Positions 29,055 through 37,682 of a stretch of 58,326 bases of DNA are shown one piece after another (the first letter of the stretch is position 1; each line of letters starts with the position of its first letter). Made by a program: the position numbers and the translations under genes. The stretch comes from an uncultured Candidatus Saccharibacteria bacterium (GTDB lineage Bacteria; Patescibacteriota; Minisyncoccia; Phycocordibacterales; UBA5272): NCBI GenBank assembly GCA_964348515.1, contig CAYGDA010000003.1, positions 10,401-68,726 on the forward strand, in the 5' to 3' direction. The notes under the pieces are model-generated. The model was not told the origin of the DNA. It saw only the letters and a list, made by a program, of their open reading frames with translations, and ran no database searches.

Positions 29055-29546
29055 TCATTTGGCTATCAACTTATAAATGGAAAAAGGCAGAAGCTCCAAT
29101 ATTTTTTCCCGCCTCCTCCAAATTTTAAGTGAGCGCACTCTTTCCTGGGTGGAGTTGCGGCAGAACCAGGAGTCTTCCGTATACTGTTCAATCTCGTCGC
29201 ATGCGTGGATGATTATTTCCACCCCCAACTCAAGAACCGCCCGCCTCACGTCTCTGAGAACACGCCACAAATGGGGTTTTGCCGCAACAATCCAAAGCAC
29301 TCGGAGCGACCGTTGCCGAGCCCACGCCACAGACGCGCGGGCAATGCGCAAAGTTGGAGGCGGTTTACCAGGTTGTTCTCCTGCGTATTGCACCTCAATA
29401 CCCGGCTGAATCAAAACGTCCCGTTGGGTATATACCGGAGCGTCTAATTCACGGGCCTTCTGAGAAGCAATCTGGGCTATACGCCTGTTGGCAAGAATTG
29501 TGTACGGAGTACCAAAAGCGAAAGCAACTACGCCTGAATTTCCCAA
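29055..29546 (-). CDS. GC-rich hypothetical protein, possibly DUF218/YdcF-like
   Basis: TTG start 5 nt after a GGGAGG RBS. IVAAKPHLWRVLRDVRRA loosely resembles the DUF218 VTSxxHxxRA region. Confidence 0.45.
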   Translation of the reverse strand: MGNSGVVAFAFGTPYTILANRRIAQIASQKARELDAPVYTQRDVLIQPGIEVQYAGEQPGKPPPTLRIARASVAWARQRSLRVLWIVAAKPHLWRVLRDVRRAVLELGVEIIIHACDEIEQYTEDSWFCRNSTQERVRSLKIWRRREKILELLPFSIYKLIAK

Positions 29547-29675
29547 AGGTTACCTCCCTTTCCCTGACATCAGCACTGCGAAAATAATTACTATCTTCCA
29601 AAACTAAATCACACATTTTGTACTTTGTAAAGAGTGGGAACCGAGTATTGTAATAAGGCCAACCTCTTTTTATTG

Positions 29676-29756
29676 TGCCCGGGGTGGGACTCGAACCCAC
29701 AAGCCTTGCGGCAGAAGATTTTAAGTCTTCCGCGTATACCATTCCGCCACCCGGGC
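29676..29756 (-). tRNA. tRNA-Leu (anticodon UAA)
   Basis: Hand-folded type II tRNA. Anticodon loop CTTAAAA, T-loop TTCGAGT. Confidence 0.9.
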
Positions 29757-29953
29757 AATATTTTTGTGATATCAGGAACCGGTCACAAGTTACTAATTCG
29801 CAATGCTCATAAGTACTTGCGACCCCGACTCACTGTCGCTTTGCGACATGTTCCGTCTTTCGATTCCCGACGCAGGCAAAGCAGTTTGCCTGCTCCTTTA
29901 CTTCTCCGAGTAGCATACTTCCACAGCATAAAACTGTGGAAGTATGCTACTTG
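29757..29953 (-). repeat. tRNA-linked structured spacer element, copy B
   Basis: Perfect 18-bp hairpin at 29909-29951, GCAGGCAAA/TTTGCCTGC hairpin, the box at 29815-29831 (complement) and a helix pairing 29785-29795 with 29810-29819. Confidence 0.65.
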
Positions 29954-30025
29954 AGGCGTAGGCGGGAATCGAACCCGCGCATGTCGGTTTTGCAGACCGA
30001 AGCGTTACCACTTCGCCACTACGCC
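29954..30025 (-). tRNA. tRNA-Cys (anticodon GCA)
   Basis: Hand-folded. Anticodon loop CTGCAAA, discriminator U73. Confidence 0.9.
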
Positions 30026-30065
30026 AATGTGACGACTTTAACATAAAATTCCCCATATTAAAAAG

Positions 30066-30093
30066 TAAAAATCCGCACACATATGCGGATTTT
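30066..30093. terminator. bidirectional intrinsic terminator
   Basis: AAAAATCCGCA-cacata-TGCGGATTTTT. Confidence 0.75.
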
Positions 30094-30114
30094 TACCTGA
30101 CACCTGAAGATTAT

Positions 30115-30369
30115 TTAACTTGAGATAGTCCCTATCACGAAGTTCAGTATTCCCCACACGGAAACCATTATAGTCATACCAACGATCCCCCAGATTATAT
30201 GACTGATACCCTGAGTTCTTTTTGCCGGATTATCCGAATTCTGCATAAATTCAATAACCCCCCAGAGAAAAAGCACCGTGGCAACCCCAAACAAAATCCT
30301 GGAAAGAGGATTAAGAATCGCGGTAGACAGGTTTTCCAAAAACTGCTGCGCCAAGGGCGACGGGGTCAT
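30115..30369 (-). CDS. small two-TM protein, TrbC/VirB2-like (T4SS-pilin-like) paralog 1; no signal peptide
   Basis: LFLWGVIEF...WGIVGMTIMVSVWGIL is shared with paralogs 2-4. Confidence 0.6.
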   Translation of the reverse strand: MTPSPLAQQFLENLSTAILNPLSRILFGVATVLFLWGVIEFMQNSDNPAKRTQGISHIIWGIVGMTIMVSVWGILNFVIGTISS

Positions 30370-30393
30370 AAACTATAATGAAGAAGTTCCGTT

Positions 30394-30759
30394 TTATCGG
30401 GGAACTATGGGAGTTGACGGGACAACACCTGAGTTACCAGTAGAAACTCCGGTTGTCGTAGCCAAAAACTGAACGAGTCCCCAAACAGCAACCATAACGA
30501 ATATTCCGATAATACCCCATATCATAAGCTTTCTGCCCTCAGCCTTTGAATCAGCTTTGCCTAGATTGAAGATATAAACCAGGATGCCGTAACCAAAAAC
30601 AAGCACAGCGGCGGCAACCACAACAATGGTTAATTTGTTGATGGTATCGCTCACATACACGATTACACTGTTAAGGCCGCCGGCGCCGGCATTCGCCTGA
30701 GCGAACACGAGACCGGTAGAAGCAATAACTGTTCCTAAAGTAGCTAACGTTTTTTTCAT
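30394..30759 (-). CDS. TrbC/VirB2-like (T4SS-pilin-like) small membrane protein, paralog 2
   Basis: Signal peptide ending VFAQA, two TM helices around a basic loop, WGIIGIFVMVAVWGL. Confidence 0.65.
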   Translation of the reverse strand: MKKTLATLGTVIASTGLVFAQANAGAGGLNSVIVYVSDTINKLTIVVVAAAVLVFGYGILVYIFNLGKADSKAEGRKLMIWGIIGIFVMVAVWGLVQFLATTTGVSTGNSGVVPSTPIVPR

Positions 30760-30901
30760 AATGGATTAAATATAGTAATTAAAATCGTCAACCGATTTGT
30801 ATACAGTATAGCGGGAATGACCCATAAAAGACAAGGAAGTTTTGCACACATTGAAAAGCAATGCGGTTCACAAACCTTGCCGCGAATAGCCCTCTTAACG
30901 A

Positions 30902-31258
30902 TTAAAATACCGGGGGAGTAGGACGGTAGGAATTACTAAAGCCAAACGTTTCTGACAAGAAGTAAATCAACCCCCAGACTGAAAACATAACGAAAAGACC
31001 TATAAGACCCCATAAAATGAAATCCCTGCCCTTTTTGCGTCCCGCATCGTTATCGGCATTTTTTATGAAGGTAAGAACTCCCCAAAGAAAGACTACAAGG
31101 GCCGCCGCTATAATCACCGGGATGATTTTGGTGTTCATGAGCGTAATGGCAGAATCGACAAAAGCGGAAAAATTAGTGGTAACAAAATCCTGCGCCATGG
31201 CGCTCACCGGGACTAAACTTAAAATAATTGCCCCGATTTTCAATAAATTTTTTTTCAT
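30902..31258 (-). CDS. TrbC/VirB2-like small membrane protein, paralog 3
   Basis: Signal peptide ending AMAQ, WGLIGLFVMFSVWGLIYFL, Pro-rich tail YRPTPP. Confidence 0.65.
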   Translation of the reverse strand: MKKNLLKIGAIILSLVPVSAMAQDFVTTNFSAFVDSAITLMNTKIIPVIIAAALVVFLWGVLTFIKNADNDAGRKKGRDFILWGLIGLFVMFSVWGLIYFLSETFGFSNSYRPTPPVF

Positions 31259-31325
31259 AATTGTTTAGTAAGCTGTACCACTCCCCAAAACCACCCCACT
31301 CTAAGCATGAACACGGCTCCGGAAA

Positions 31326-31709
31326 TTATTGCAGGGTCGGCGGAGTTGGGCGGTAAGTGTTATTTAAACCAAACGTGGTTGATAAGAAATAAATCAACCC
31401 CCAGACTGAAAACATTACAAACAAACCGATTAGTCCCCAAAATATGAATTCCCTGCCTTTTTTTCGTTCTGTGTCGTTATCGGCATTTTTTACAAAAAGG
31501 AAAACCCCCCAAAGGAAGACTATGAAGGCAAGCGCGATGATCACCGGGATGATTTTGGTGTTTATCATCGTAATGGCCGAGGTAATGAACGCGGAGGCGC
31601 TTGTGGAATCAAGGTTGCCGCCGCTTAAGCTTAAGGATATCTGCGCCATGGCGCTTAACGGAACCAAACTTGCCGCAAAACTCCCGATTTTCAATAAATT
31701 TTTTTTCAT
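31326..31709 (-). CDS. TrbC/VirB2-like small membrane protein, paralog 4 (recent duplicate of paralog 3)
   Basis: Same motifs as paralog 3. Long identical nucleotide runs, for example AAATCAACCCCCAGACTGAAAACAT. Confidence 0.65.
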   Translation of the reverse strand: MKKNLLKIGSFAASLVPLSAMAQISLSLSGGNLDSTSASAFITSAITMINTKIIPVIIALAFIVFLWGVFLFVKNADNDTERKKGREFIFWGLIGLFVMFSVWGLIYFLSTTFGLNNTYRPTPPTLQ

Positions 31710-31759
31710 ATAATTTTGCAAAATTATGTCGCGTACTGTCGATTGAAACGCGACGCTTC

Positions 31760-32116
31760 TTAATTAACTATAATCTGGTTAATCGTACCCGAAAGAATCA
31801 GCTGTAATCCCTTGGCCCCAAGTACAATGGCGGCGCCTAATATAGTGTACCAGAAATTGGTTTTGGCCTTTGCTATTTCGCCGGGATTCCCGCGCGCCGA
31901 CACAAACTGGAAACCGACAAAAATAAGGGCTAAACCCAGCACCGGAATGGAAAAATAAATAACAGCGTTTAGCACGTCTCCTATTAGCTCCTGCACAGTA
32001 GTTGCTCTTATGGGATTTGGGATACCAACTTGAGTTTGGGCAAACAAGGTTCCAGGAAAAAACGATAGGGCAGCCAGGTAAAATTTTTTCATTTTCGACA
32101 TTATATCACGCGTCAT
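31760..32116 (-). CDS. TrbC/VirB2-like small membrane protein, divergent paralog 5
   Basis: Signal peptide ending LFAQ and two TM helices. The true start is probably the MKKF Met at 32092. Confidence 0.55.
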   Translation of the reverse strand: MTRDIMSKMKKFYLAALSFFPGTLFAQTQVGIPNPIRATTVQELIGDVLNAVIYFSIPVLGLALIFVGFQFVSARGNPGEIAKAKTNFWYTILGAAIVLGAKGLQLILSGTINQIIVN

Positions 32117-32124
32117 ATAGCTAG

Positions 32125-32529
32125 CTATCTAAAGAAACTCCTGAAGGGTCCGCTCGCGGAGCCTCCGGGAACATCCCCCTGGAAATAAAGTGAATCTAAA
32201 ATTAGTTTAACCACCAGCCACCCCGCCAAAACCCAGACCGCCCCCCAGAAAATCATTCCAAACATATGTTTGGCCTTGCTGTAAGCCCCCGGCTTATCAC
32301 GCGAGATTACCATCTGAAATCCCGCCCAGGCAAAAGCCAACACCGCGACGGGAACAAAAACAGCGGTCATGAAGAAATTAATTGTCTTAGTCACAAGCTC
32401 AAAGAATTTATCCAAATTGCAGTCTGCGCCGTCACAGACAACAAACGGAGAACCCTGTGTTGCCTGAGCCAAAGAAACAACAGGAATCGTTACGACAAGA
32501 AAAGAAAGGAAAAAAGAAAATAGTTTCAT
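32125..32529 (-). CDS. TrbC/VirB2-like small membrane protein, divergent paralog 6
   Basis: Signal peptide ending SLAQA, a CDGADC pair, and two TM helices around a basic loop. Confidence 0.55.
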   Translation of the reverse strand: MKLFSFFLSFLVVTIPVVSLAQATQGSPFVVCDGADCNLDKFFELVTKTINFFMTAVFVPVAVLAFAWAGFQMVISRDKPGAYSKAKHMFGMIFWGAVWVLAGWLVVKLILDSLYFQGDVPGGSASGPFRSFFR

Positions 32530-32534
32530 AAGCG

Positions 32535-33860
32535 TCAGCGCAAAAGCATGGCTGAGAAAAGCGACTGGACGGCGCTTGCCGCCCCGGCCGGATTCAACCT
32601 GCCTGAGAGAACTGCCTCAACCGCGTCTTTCCATATTTTGTCGGTAGCCGCAGGCGACGGATCAAGAAAGCCCTGCGCAATTAACGCGGACTGATGAAGT
32701 ACTTCCGACTTGGCATCCGACGGAGAAGCCACGGCTAAAATATCGCGACGCGGCGGAGGCAAATCAAGGGATTTGCTTATAGCCGAAATAAAATCGCCGG
32801 CGGAAAGAATCGTCAGGAGGTAAAAAGAAGTTGCCATATTCTTTGAGGTACGCGTGACTCCCAATGAATAGAGTCTTCCGTAAGTCGCTTTTATCCCGCT
32901 GTCCGCCGCAAGTTGCGGAACTACCGCCATACCAAAATTAAGATGGGGATTTTTTTCGGCAATCTCTTTGTATTCGGAAGAAAATCCAAGATACATTGCC
33001 GCGGTACCTCCTATAAACGCATCCCTGGAAGAAGGCATCGTGCGGTTCCATGAGTAAGTCGTCTTTGTCGGATTGGCAAATTCGGTGTAAAAACGTAAAG
33101 CCGATTCCGCCGGGTTAACTGACCCCTTCGCTATGCCCGGAACCGCACTCAATTTCCTCTGCAACACCCCTCCATCCGTCAAAAAACTTGACTTCACTAT
33201 TGGGTTTCCGAGTTGGAACATAAGAAGCGAGATTATTTCCTTAGCGTGAGAAATATTTTCGTATTCTCCCAAAGGAAGACCGCTCTTCATCAGCGTGTTG
33301 TCCTTGTCTATGACTGTGAGTTTTGTCACGGTTGATGCCGCGTCAATCCACTTCGAGAGTGGTTCAGGTATGCCTGCGGCGTTATAAGCATCACGGTCGT
33401 AATAGAGAACCATCGGGTCAATCGCCAAAGGAACCCCCAGTGCTCCAATTGGAGTCAGAAGAATTGATGCCTCATCAACAAAGCGGCTTCGGAATTCGCT
33501 CTCTGAAAGAGAAGTAAACGGGAGGGGCATGAGCTTGTCCCCCTGACGCACAATAAGGTTTTCCGGGAAAACAATTGCGTCCGGACCGGCACCCGAAGCC
33601 AAAGCCTCAATCAGGCTTTGCTCAAAAGTATCTTCATTTTTTTCAACATAAACGGCTTTAAATGTTTTAACGGAGTTATTTATGCTTTCAAAAATCGGGT
33701 TTATGGCCGCGGCAGGAAAAGTTCCCCACACGGTAACCGTGCCGGTATATTGCGATTCATTTTTTCCTCCTATCGGAATGAGTCCCGAAAAAACCAAAAC
33801 GGCGAAAACCCCAAAGACTATGGAAACTATGACCGCAATAGTTTGAAAATTAGACTTCAC
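32535..33860 (-). CDS. membrane-anchored extracellular solute-binding-protein-like protein
   Basis: 441-aa ORF with an N-terminal TM anchor and GTVTVWGTFP, a typical family-1 SBP start. No permease or ATPase is adjacent. Confidence 0.5.
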   Translation of the reverse strand: MKSNFQTIAVIVSIVFGVFAVLVFSGLIPIGGKNESQYTGTVTVWGTFPAAAINPIFESINNSVKTFKAVYVEKNEDTFEQSLIEALASGAGPDAIVFPENLIVRQGDKLMPLPFTSLSESEFRSRFVDEASILLTPIGALGVPLAIDPMVLYYDRDAYNAAGIPEPLSKWIDAASTVTKLTVIDKDNTLMKSGLPLGEYENISHAKEIISLLMFQLGNPIVKSSFLTDGGVLQRKLSAVPGIAKGSVNPAESALRFYTEFANPTKTTYSWNRTMPSSRDAFIGGTAAMYLGFSSEYKEIAEKNPHLNFGMAVVPQLAADSGIKATYGRLYSLGVTRTSKNMATSFYLLTILSAGDFISAISKSLDLPPPRRDILAVASPSDAKSEVLHQSALIAQGFLDPSPAATDKIWKDAVEAVLSGRLNPAGAASAVQSLFSAMLLR

Positions 33861-33902
33861 TTTTTATTACCGAAAATTATATCATTTTCTGACACTCCCA
33901 GG

Positions 33903-34445
33903 CTATTCCGTAGCCTGAGTACGCATTGCCAAAAAGGCGTAGTGATAGTCGCCGGCTGCTACGGGTTTCTCTATTGTGAAATGGTGCTTTGTAAAAAGTT
34001 CGCGGGCCTTTGCCTCCGGAAAAACCTGTTCCGGGTGCGGACCGACGCCGCCGAATGAGTCAGACCAATCGGCGACAAAAACTTTCCCGAATGGCTTCAG
34101 TACGCGCAGCATTTCTTTTATCATCCCGTCCTTGTCTTCAACCTGGAAAAGAATGTTGGCAATAATAACCAAATCCACGGTCCCTCCGCGCAGTTTGGTG
34201 CTTCCCTCTCGCTCTATGTCTCCCCAGATAACATCTATATTTTCAAGTCCCACTTTTAAACCTTCACTTTTTACTTTTTCCAGCAAATCGCGGTTTATGT
34301 CAATCGCGTAAACTTTGCCGTGTATGCCGACATCTTTAGCGGCGACGAACGTGTAGGCCCCGGTGCCGGCGCCAAAATCCGCCACTGTAGCCCCCTGTTC
34401 TACGTGAATCTCGTTCAGTTGTTCTTCCGGTGTTAGAAAAGCCAT
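33903..34445 (-). CDS. class I SAM-dependent methyltransferase
   Basis: VADFGAGTGAYT motif I and DLVIIANILFQ motif. Confidence 0.8.
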   Translation of the reverse strand: MAFLTPEEQLNEIHVEQGATVADFGAGTGAYTFVAAKDVGIHGKVYAIDINRDLLEKVKSEGLKVGLENIDVIWGDIEREGSTKLRGGTVDLVIIANILFQVEDKDGMIKEMLRVLKPFGKVFVADWSDSFGGVGPHPEQVFPEAKARELFTKHHFTIEKPVAAGDYHYAFLAMRTQATE

Positions 34446-34454
34446 ATTTTCATT

Positions 34455-34493
34455 ATAACAAAAATTACCGCGTCAAGCGGTAATTTTTGTTAT
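34455..34493. terminator. 17-bp perfect palindrome, terminator downstream of gyrA
   Basis: ATAACAAAAATTACCGC-gtcaa-GCGGTAATTTTTGTTAT. Confidence 0.75.
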
Positions 34494-34503
34494 CAAATAT
34501 TTT

Positions 34504-36966
34504 TTACAAACAGGTAAGTGATGCCAAAGTATCCCCATCGCGAAGTTTCATTATGCGCACCCCTTGGGTCTGGCGTCCTAGGGACGGAATAGTTTTCTGT
34601 TCTGTCCTTATTACTTGGCTTTTCTTGGAAATGGCGATTATTTCTTCTGTGTTTTCGGTGACAACCTTGCCCATGACAAGTTTTCCAGTTTTTGCCGTCA
34701 CTTTAGCCGTCTTTATTCCGGACCCTCCTCGTTTTTGTATTTTATATTCCTTGAGCGGAGTCTTTTTACCGAAACCATTCGCGGAAATAACAAGAAGTTC
34801 GGGGTTTTGCACGGACTGACCGACAATATCGGCATTTATAAGATAGTCGCCTTTCTTCATTTTTATTCCACGCACACCGCCGGCGGCGCGCCCCATTTCC
34901 CGCACATCCGATTCCTTAAAGCGTATTGCCTGGCCTCCGGACGTCGCCAATATAAACGTATCACCCTTCTCCACAAACATTGAGGCCAGAAGTTCGTCCC
35001 CCTTATCCAGACGGATAGCAATAATTCCGCTTCTGCGCACGTCCTTAAAGTTTTCCGCCGAGACTTTTTTGATAACCCCCTGTTTTGTAACCATAGCCAG
35101 GGATAATTTTGCCTGTTTAATTTCTTTTGGCATAACCAAAATGGAAGTTACTTTTTCATCGGAACCAACCTGCAGGAAATTAACGATTGATTTTCCGCGC
35201 GTGGAGCGGCGCCCTTCCGGAACGTCATACATTTTTATCTGATAGGCTTTGCCGCTGTCCGTGAAGAAAAGAAGGTCGCTGTGCGTTGACGCAGTAAGAA
35301 TGGTTGTTACAAAATCCTCTTCTTTGGTGTTCAAATCAACCACACCTACACCACCACGGCGCTGTACACGGAACTCTGACGGATCGGTGCGCTTAACATA
35401 ACCGCCGGAAGTATAAACGAGCACAGATTCCGTGTCGGGAATCAAATCTTCAACCGTCATGACAGAAACAGCACCTTTGACTATTCTGGTGCGCCGTTCA
35501 TCCCCATATTTTTCTCTGGCTTCCAAAAGTTCCTTCCTGACAAGGGCCAAAATTTTCTTCGGGTGCTTAAGCAGGTCTTTAAGACTTTCAATCATCGCCT
35601 GTACCTCGCGAAGTTCATCTTCAATCTTCTTTCTTTCAAGTCCGGCCAGACGCTGGAGTTTCATTTCCAAAATTGCGGTCGCCTGAATGGAAGAAAACTT
35701 GAATTTCTGCATCAGGTTGGCGTGGGCGGCTGCGGTATCTTTGGAGGCTTTTATGAGTTTTATAATCTCATCAATGTGGTCCAGAGCTTTTTTAAGCCCG
35801 AGCAATATATGTTCGCGTTCCTCGGCGCGCCTCAAATCATATTCCGTGCGGCGGCGCACAACTTCCCGGCGGTAACCAACAAACTCGGTCAGTATATTTT
35901 TCAGAGAAAGCGTCTGCGGTACGCCATCTACAAGAGCCACCAGGTTGTAGTGGAAAGTGCTCTCAAGTTCCGTATGTTTATACAAAGTATTCAAAATGGT
36001 CTGCGGGTGTCCCCCTCCCTTAAGCTGGACGACTATACGGATATCTTTGGCGGACTCGTCACGCAAATCTTTTATATCTATTTTTTTATCGCGGTGAAGA
36101 TCAGCTATCTGCACCAAAAGATCGGATTTGTTAACGCGATAAGGTATGGAAGTTATAATTATCTGGTAATGACCGTCTTTCACTTCCATTATTTCTGCCT
36201 CGCCACGCACAACGACGCCGCCGCGTCCTGTTGCGTAAGCGTGGGCAATATCAGACTTGTTGAAAGCAACCCCGCCTGTCGGGAAATCCGGCCCCTTAAC
36301 AAATTCCAAAAGGTCTTCAGTGGTCGCTTCTTCGTTATCAATCAGGTGCACGGTCGCGTCCACAACTTCGCCTAAATTATGGGGCGGGATATTTGTGGCC
36401 ATACCCACGGCAATACCGAGAGTCCCATTCAAAAGAACATTAGGCAGTGAACTCGGAAGAACAGACGGTTCCTTCTTGGTACCGTCGTAATTCGGACGAA
36501 AATCAACCGTATCTTTTTCTATGTCGCTCAACAGCTCACTTGCTATGCGCGACATTTTTGCCTCGGTATAGCGGTAAGCAGCCGCGCTGTCCCCGTCAAT
36601 CGAACCAAAGTTACCTTGCCCAAGAATAAGCGGGTATCGGAAAGAGAAATCCTGCGCCATTTTCACCATGGCATCATAGACTGAAGCATCTCCGTGCGGA
36701 TGGTAAGAACCGAGCACATCTCCGACTACGGTCGCAGATTTTCTGAACTTGGCGGAAGCAGTGAGTCCTTTTTCATGCATTGAGAAAAGTATGCGGCGAT
36801 GTACCGGCTTCAGTCCGTCACGTACGTCCGGAAGTGCGCGCTGGGTAATGACGGACATGGCATAGTCCAAATAGGACTCGCGCATTTCCTTAACTATATT
36901 TACCGGCAAAACCCCGCCTACAGCGGGGCTTTCTGCCTCCTTTTTCTCCTCTTCTTTACGAGCCAT
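34504..36966 (-). CDS. gyrA: DNA gyrase subunit A
   Basis: [11 protein letters not shown], the active-site AAYRYTE region, and C-terminal beta-pinwheel repeats. Confidence 0.95.
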   Translation of the reverse strand: MARKEEEKKEAESPAVGGVLPVNIVKEMRESYLDYAMSVITQRALPDVRDGLKPVHRRILFSMHEKGLTASAKFRKSATVVGDVLGSYHPHGDASVYDAMVKMAQDFSFRYPLILGQGNFGSIDGDSAAAYRYTEAKMSRIASELLSDIEKDTVDFRPNYDGTKKEPSVLPSSLPNVLLNGTLGIAVGMATNIPPHNLGEVVDATVHLIDNEEATTEDLLEFVKGPDFPTGGVAFNKSDIAHAYATGRGGVVVRGEAEIMEVKDGHYQIIITSIPYRVNKSDLLVQIADLHRDKKIDIKDLRDESAKDIRIVVQLKGGGHPQTILNTLYKHTELESTFHYNLVALVDGVPQTLSLKNILTEFVGYRREVVRRRTEYDLRRAEEREHILLGLKKALDHIDEIIKLIKASKDTAAAHANLMQKFKFSSIQATAILEMKLQRLAGLERKKIEDELREVQAMIESLKDLLKHPKKILALVRKELLEAREKYGDERRTRIVKGAVSVMTVEDLIPDTESVLVYTSGGYVKRTDPSEFRVQRRGGVGVVDLNTKEEDFVTTILTASTHSDLLFFTDSGKAYQIKMYDVPEGRRSTRGKSIVNFLQVGSDEKVTSILVMPKEIKQAKLSLAMVTKQGVIKKVSAENFKDVRRSGIIAIRLDKGDELLASMFVEKGDTFILATSGGQAIRFKESDVREMGRAAGGVRGIKMKKGDYLINADIVGQSVQNPELLVISANGFGKKTPLKEYKIQKRGGSGIKTAKVTAKTGKLVMGKVVTENTEEIIAISKKSQVIRTEQKTIPSLGRQTQGVRIMKLRDGDTLASLTCL

Positions 36967-37027
36967 AAGTTATACCAGTTTAGCACAAAAAGCCTTTTAC
37001 ATCAAGGATTTAACAGAAATTTAACCA

Positions 37028-37285
37028 CTATTTAAAGTAATTTTGACCCGAAACAAAAACCCCCTCAAAGAATTGCTGGGTACTGTCCTTCGCTTTCACG
37101 AAAGAGTTCAAAAAACCGTTAACAGCCGTGTTTTCCGTGACCGGGGGATTCTCCCTAAAACGGTTAGGAAAAGTAAAGAACCAGAAAATAACAACGGCAG
37201 CCATGACCAAAAATGTCGTCCAGTATAAAATCCGATTCTTTTCGCGCACGGGTTTCTTTTTGAGACTGGAAAAAATCTCTTCCAT
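37028..37285 (-). CDS. small single-pass membrane protein
   Basis: Start trimmed to MEEIF. A TATAAT box lies about 12 nt upstream of that ATG. Confidence 0.4.
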   Translation of the reverse strand: MEEIFSSLKKKPVREKNRILYWTTFLVMAAVVIFWFFTFPNRFRENPPVTENTAVNGFLNSFVKAKDSTQQFFEGVFVSGQNYFK

Positions 37286-37344
37286 AATTATGGATACATT
37301 ATATCCTGGAAAGAAAGAACAGACCACAATTACCGGAGGACCAG

Positions 37345-37596
37345 TTACTTCAGATGGCTTGAGACGAGTTTAGTCATCTCAAACATTGTAACTTCGCCCT
37401 TGCCCCCAAAAACAGCCTTCAATTTATCATCTGCGAGAATATTCCTCTTGTTCTTGGGATTCTGAAGATTATTCTTTTTGATGTATACCCAAAGCTTTTT
37501 AACCACCTCAGTCCTAGGCAGTGGACCTTTTCCGATAACCGCTTCAAGTTCTGAAGAAAGATTGAGCGGTTTTGATAAAGCTGAATTTATTGCCAT
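37345..37596 (-). CDS. SWIB/MDM2-domain protein (stand-alone, 83 aa)
   Basis: LPRTEVVKKLWVYIKKNNLQNPKNKRNILADDKLKAVFG matches the SWIB core pattern. Confidence 0.8.
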   Translation of the reverse strand: MAINSALSKPLNLSSELEAVIGKGPLPRTEVVKKLWVYIKKNNLQNPKNKRNILADDKLKAVFGGKGEVTMFEMTKLVSSHLK

Positions 37597-37682
37597 AAAA
37601 TGAATATAATTTATATTAATACTGACTTAACCAACCCAGTATACAGCACGGGCGGAAACTTTGTACTCTGTCGCCTTTAGCA

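Noticed and set aside
35563-36375. 270-aa plus-strand ORF
   Set aside because: It is antisense inside gyrA, whose frame is confirmed by canonical motifs. It is a shadow ORF.
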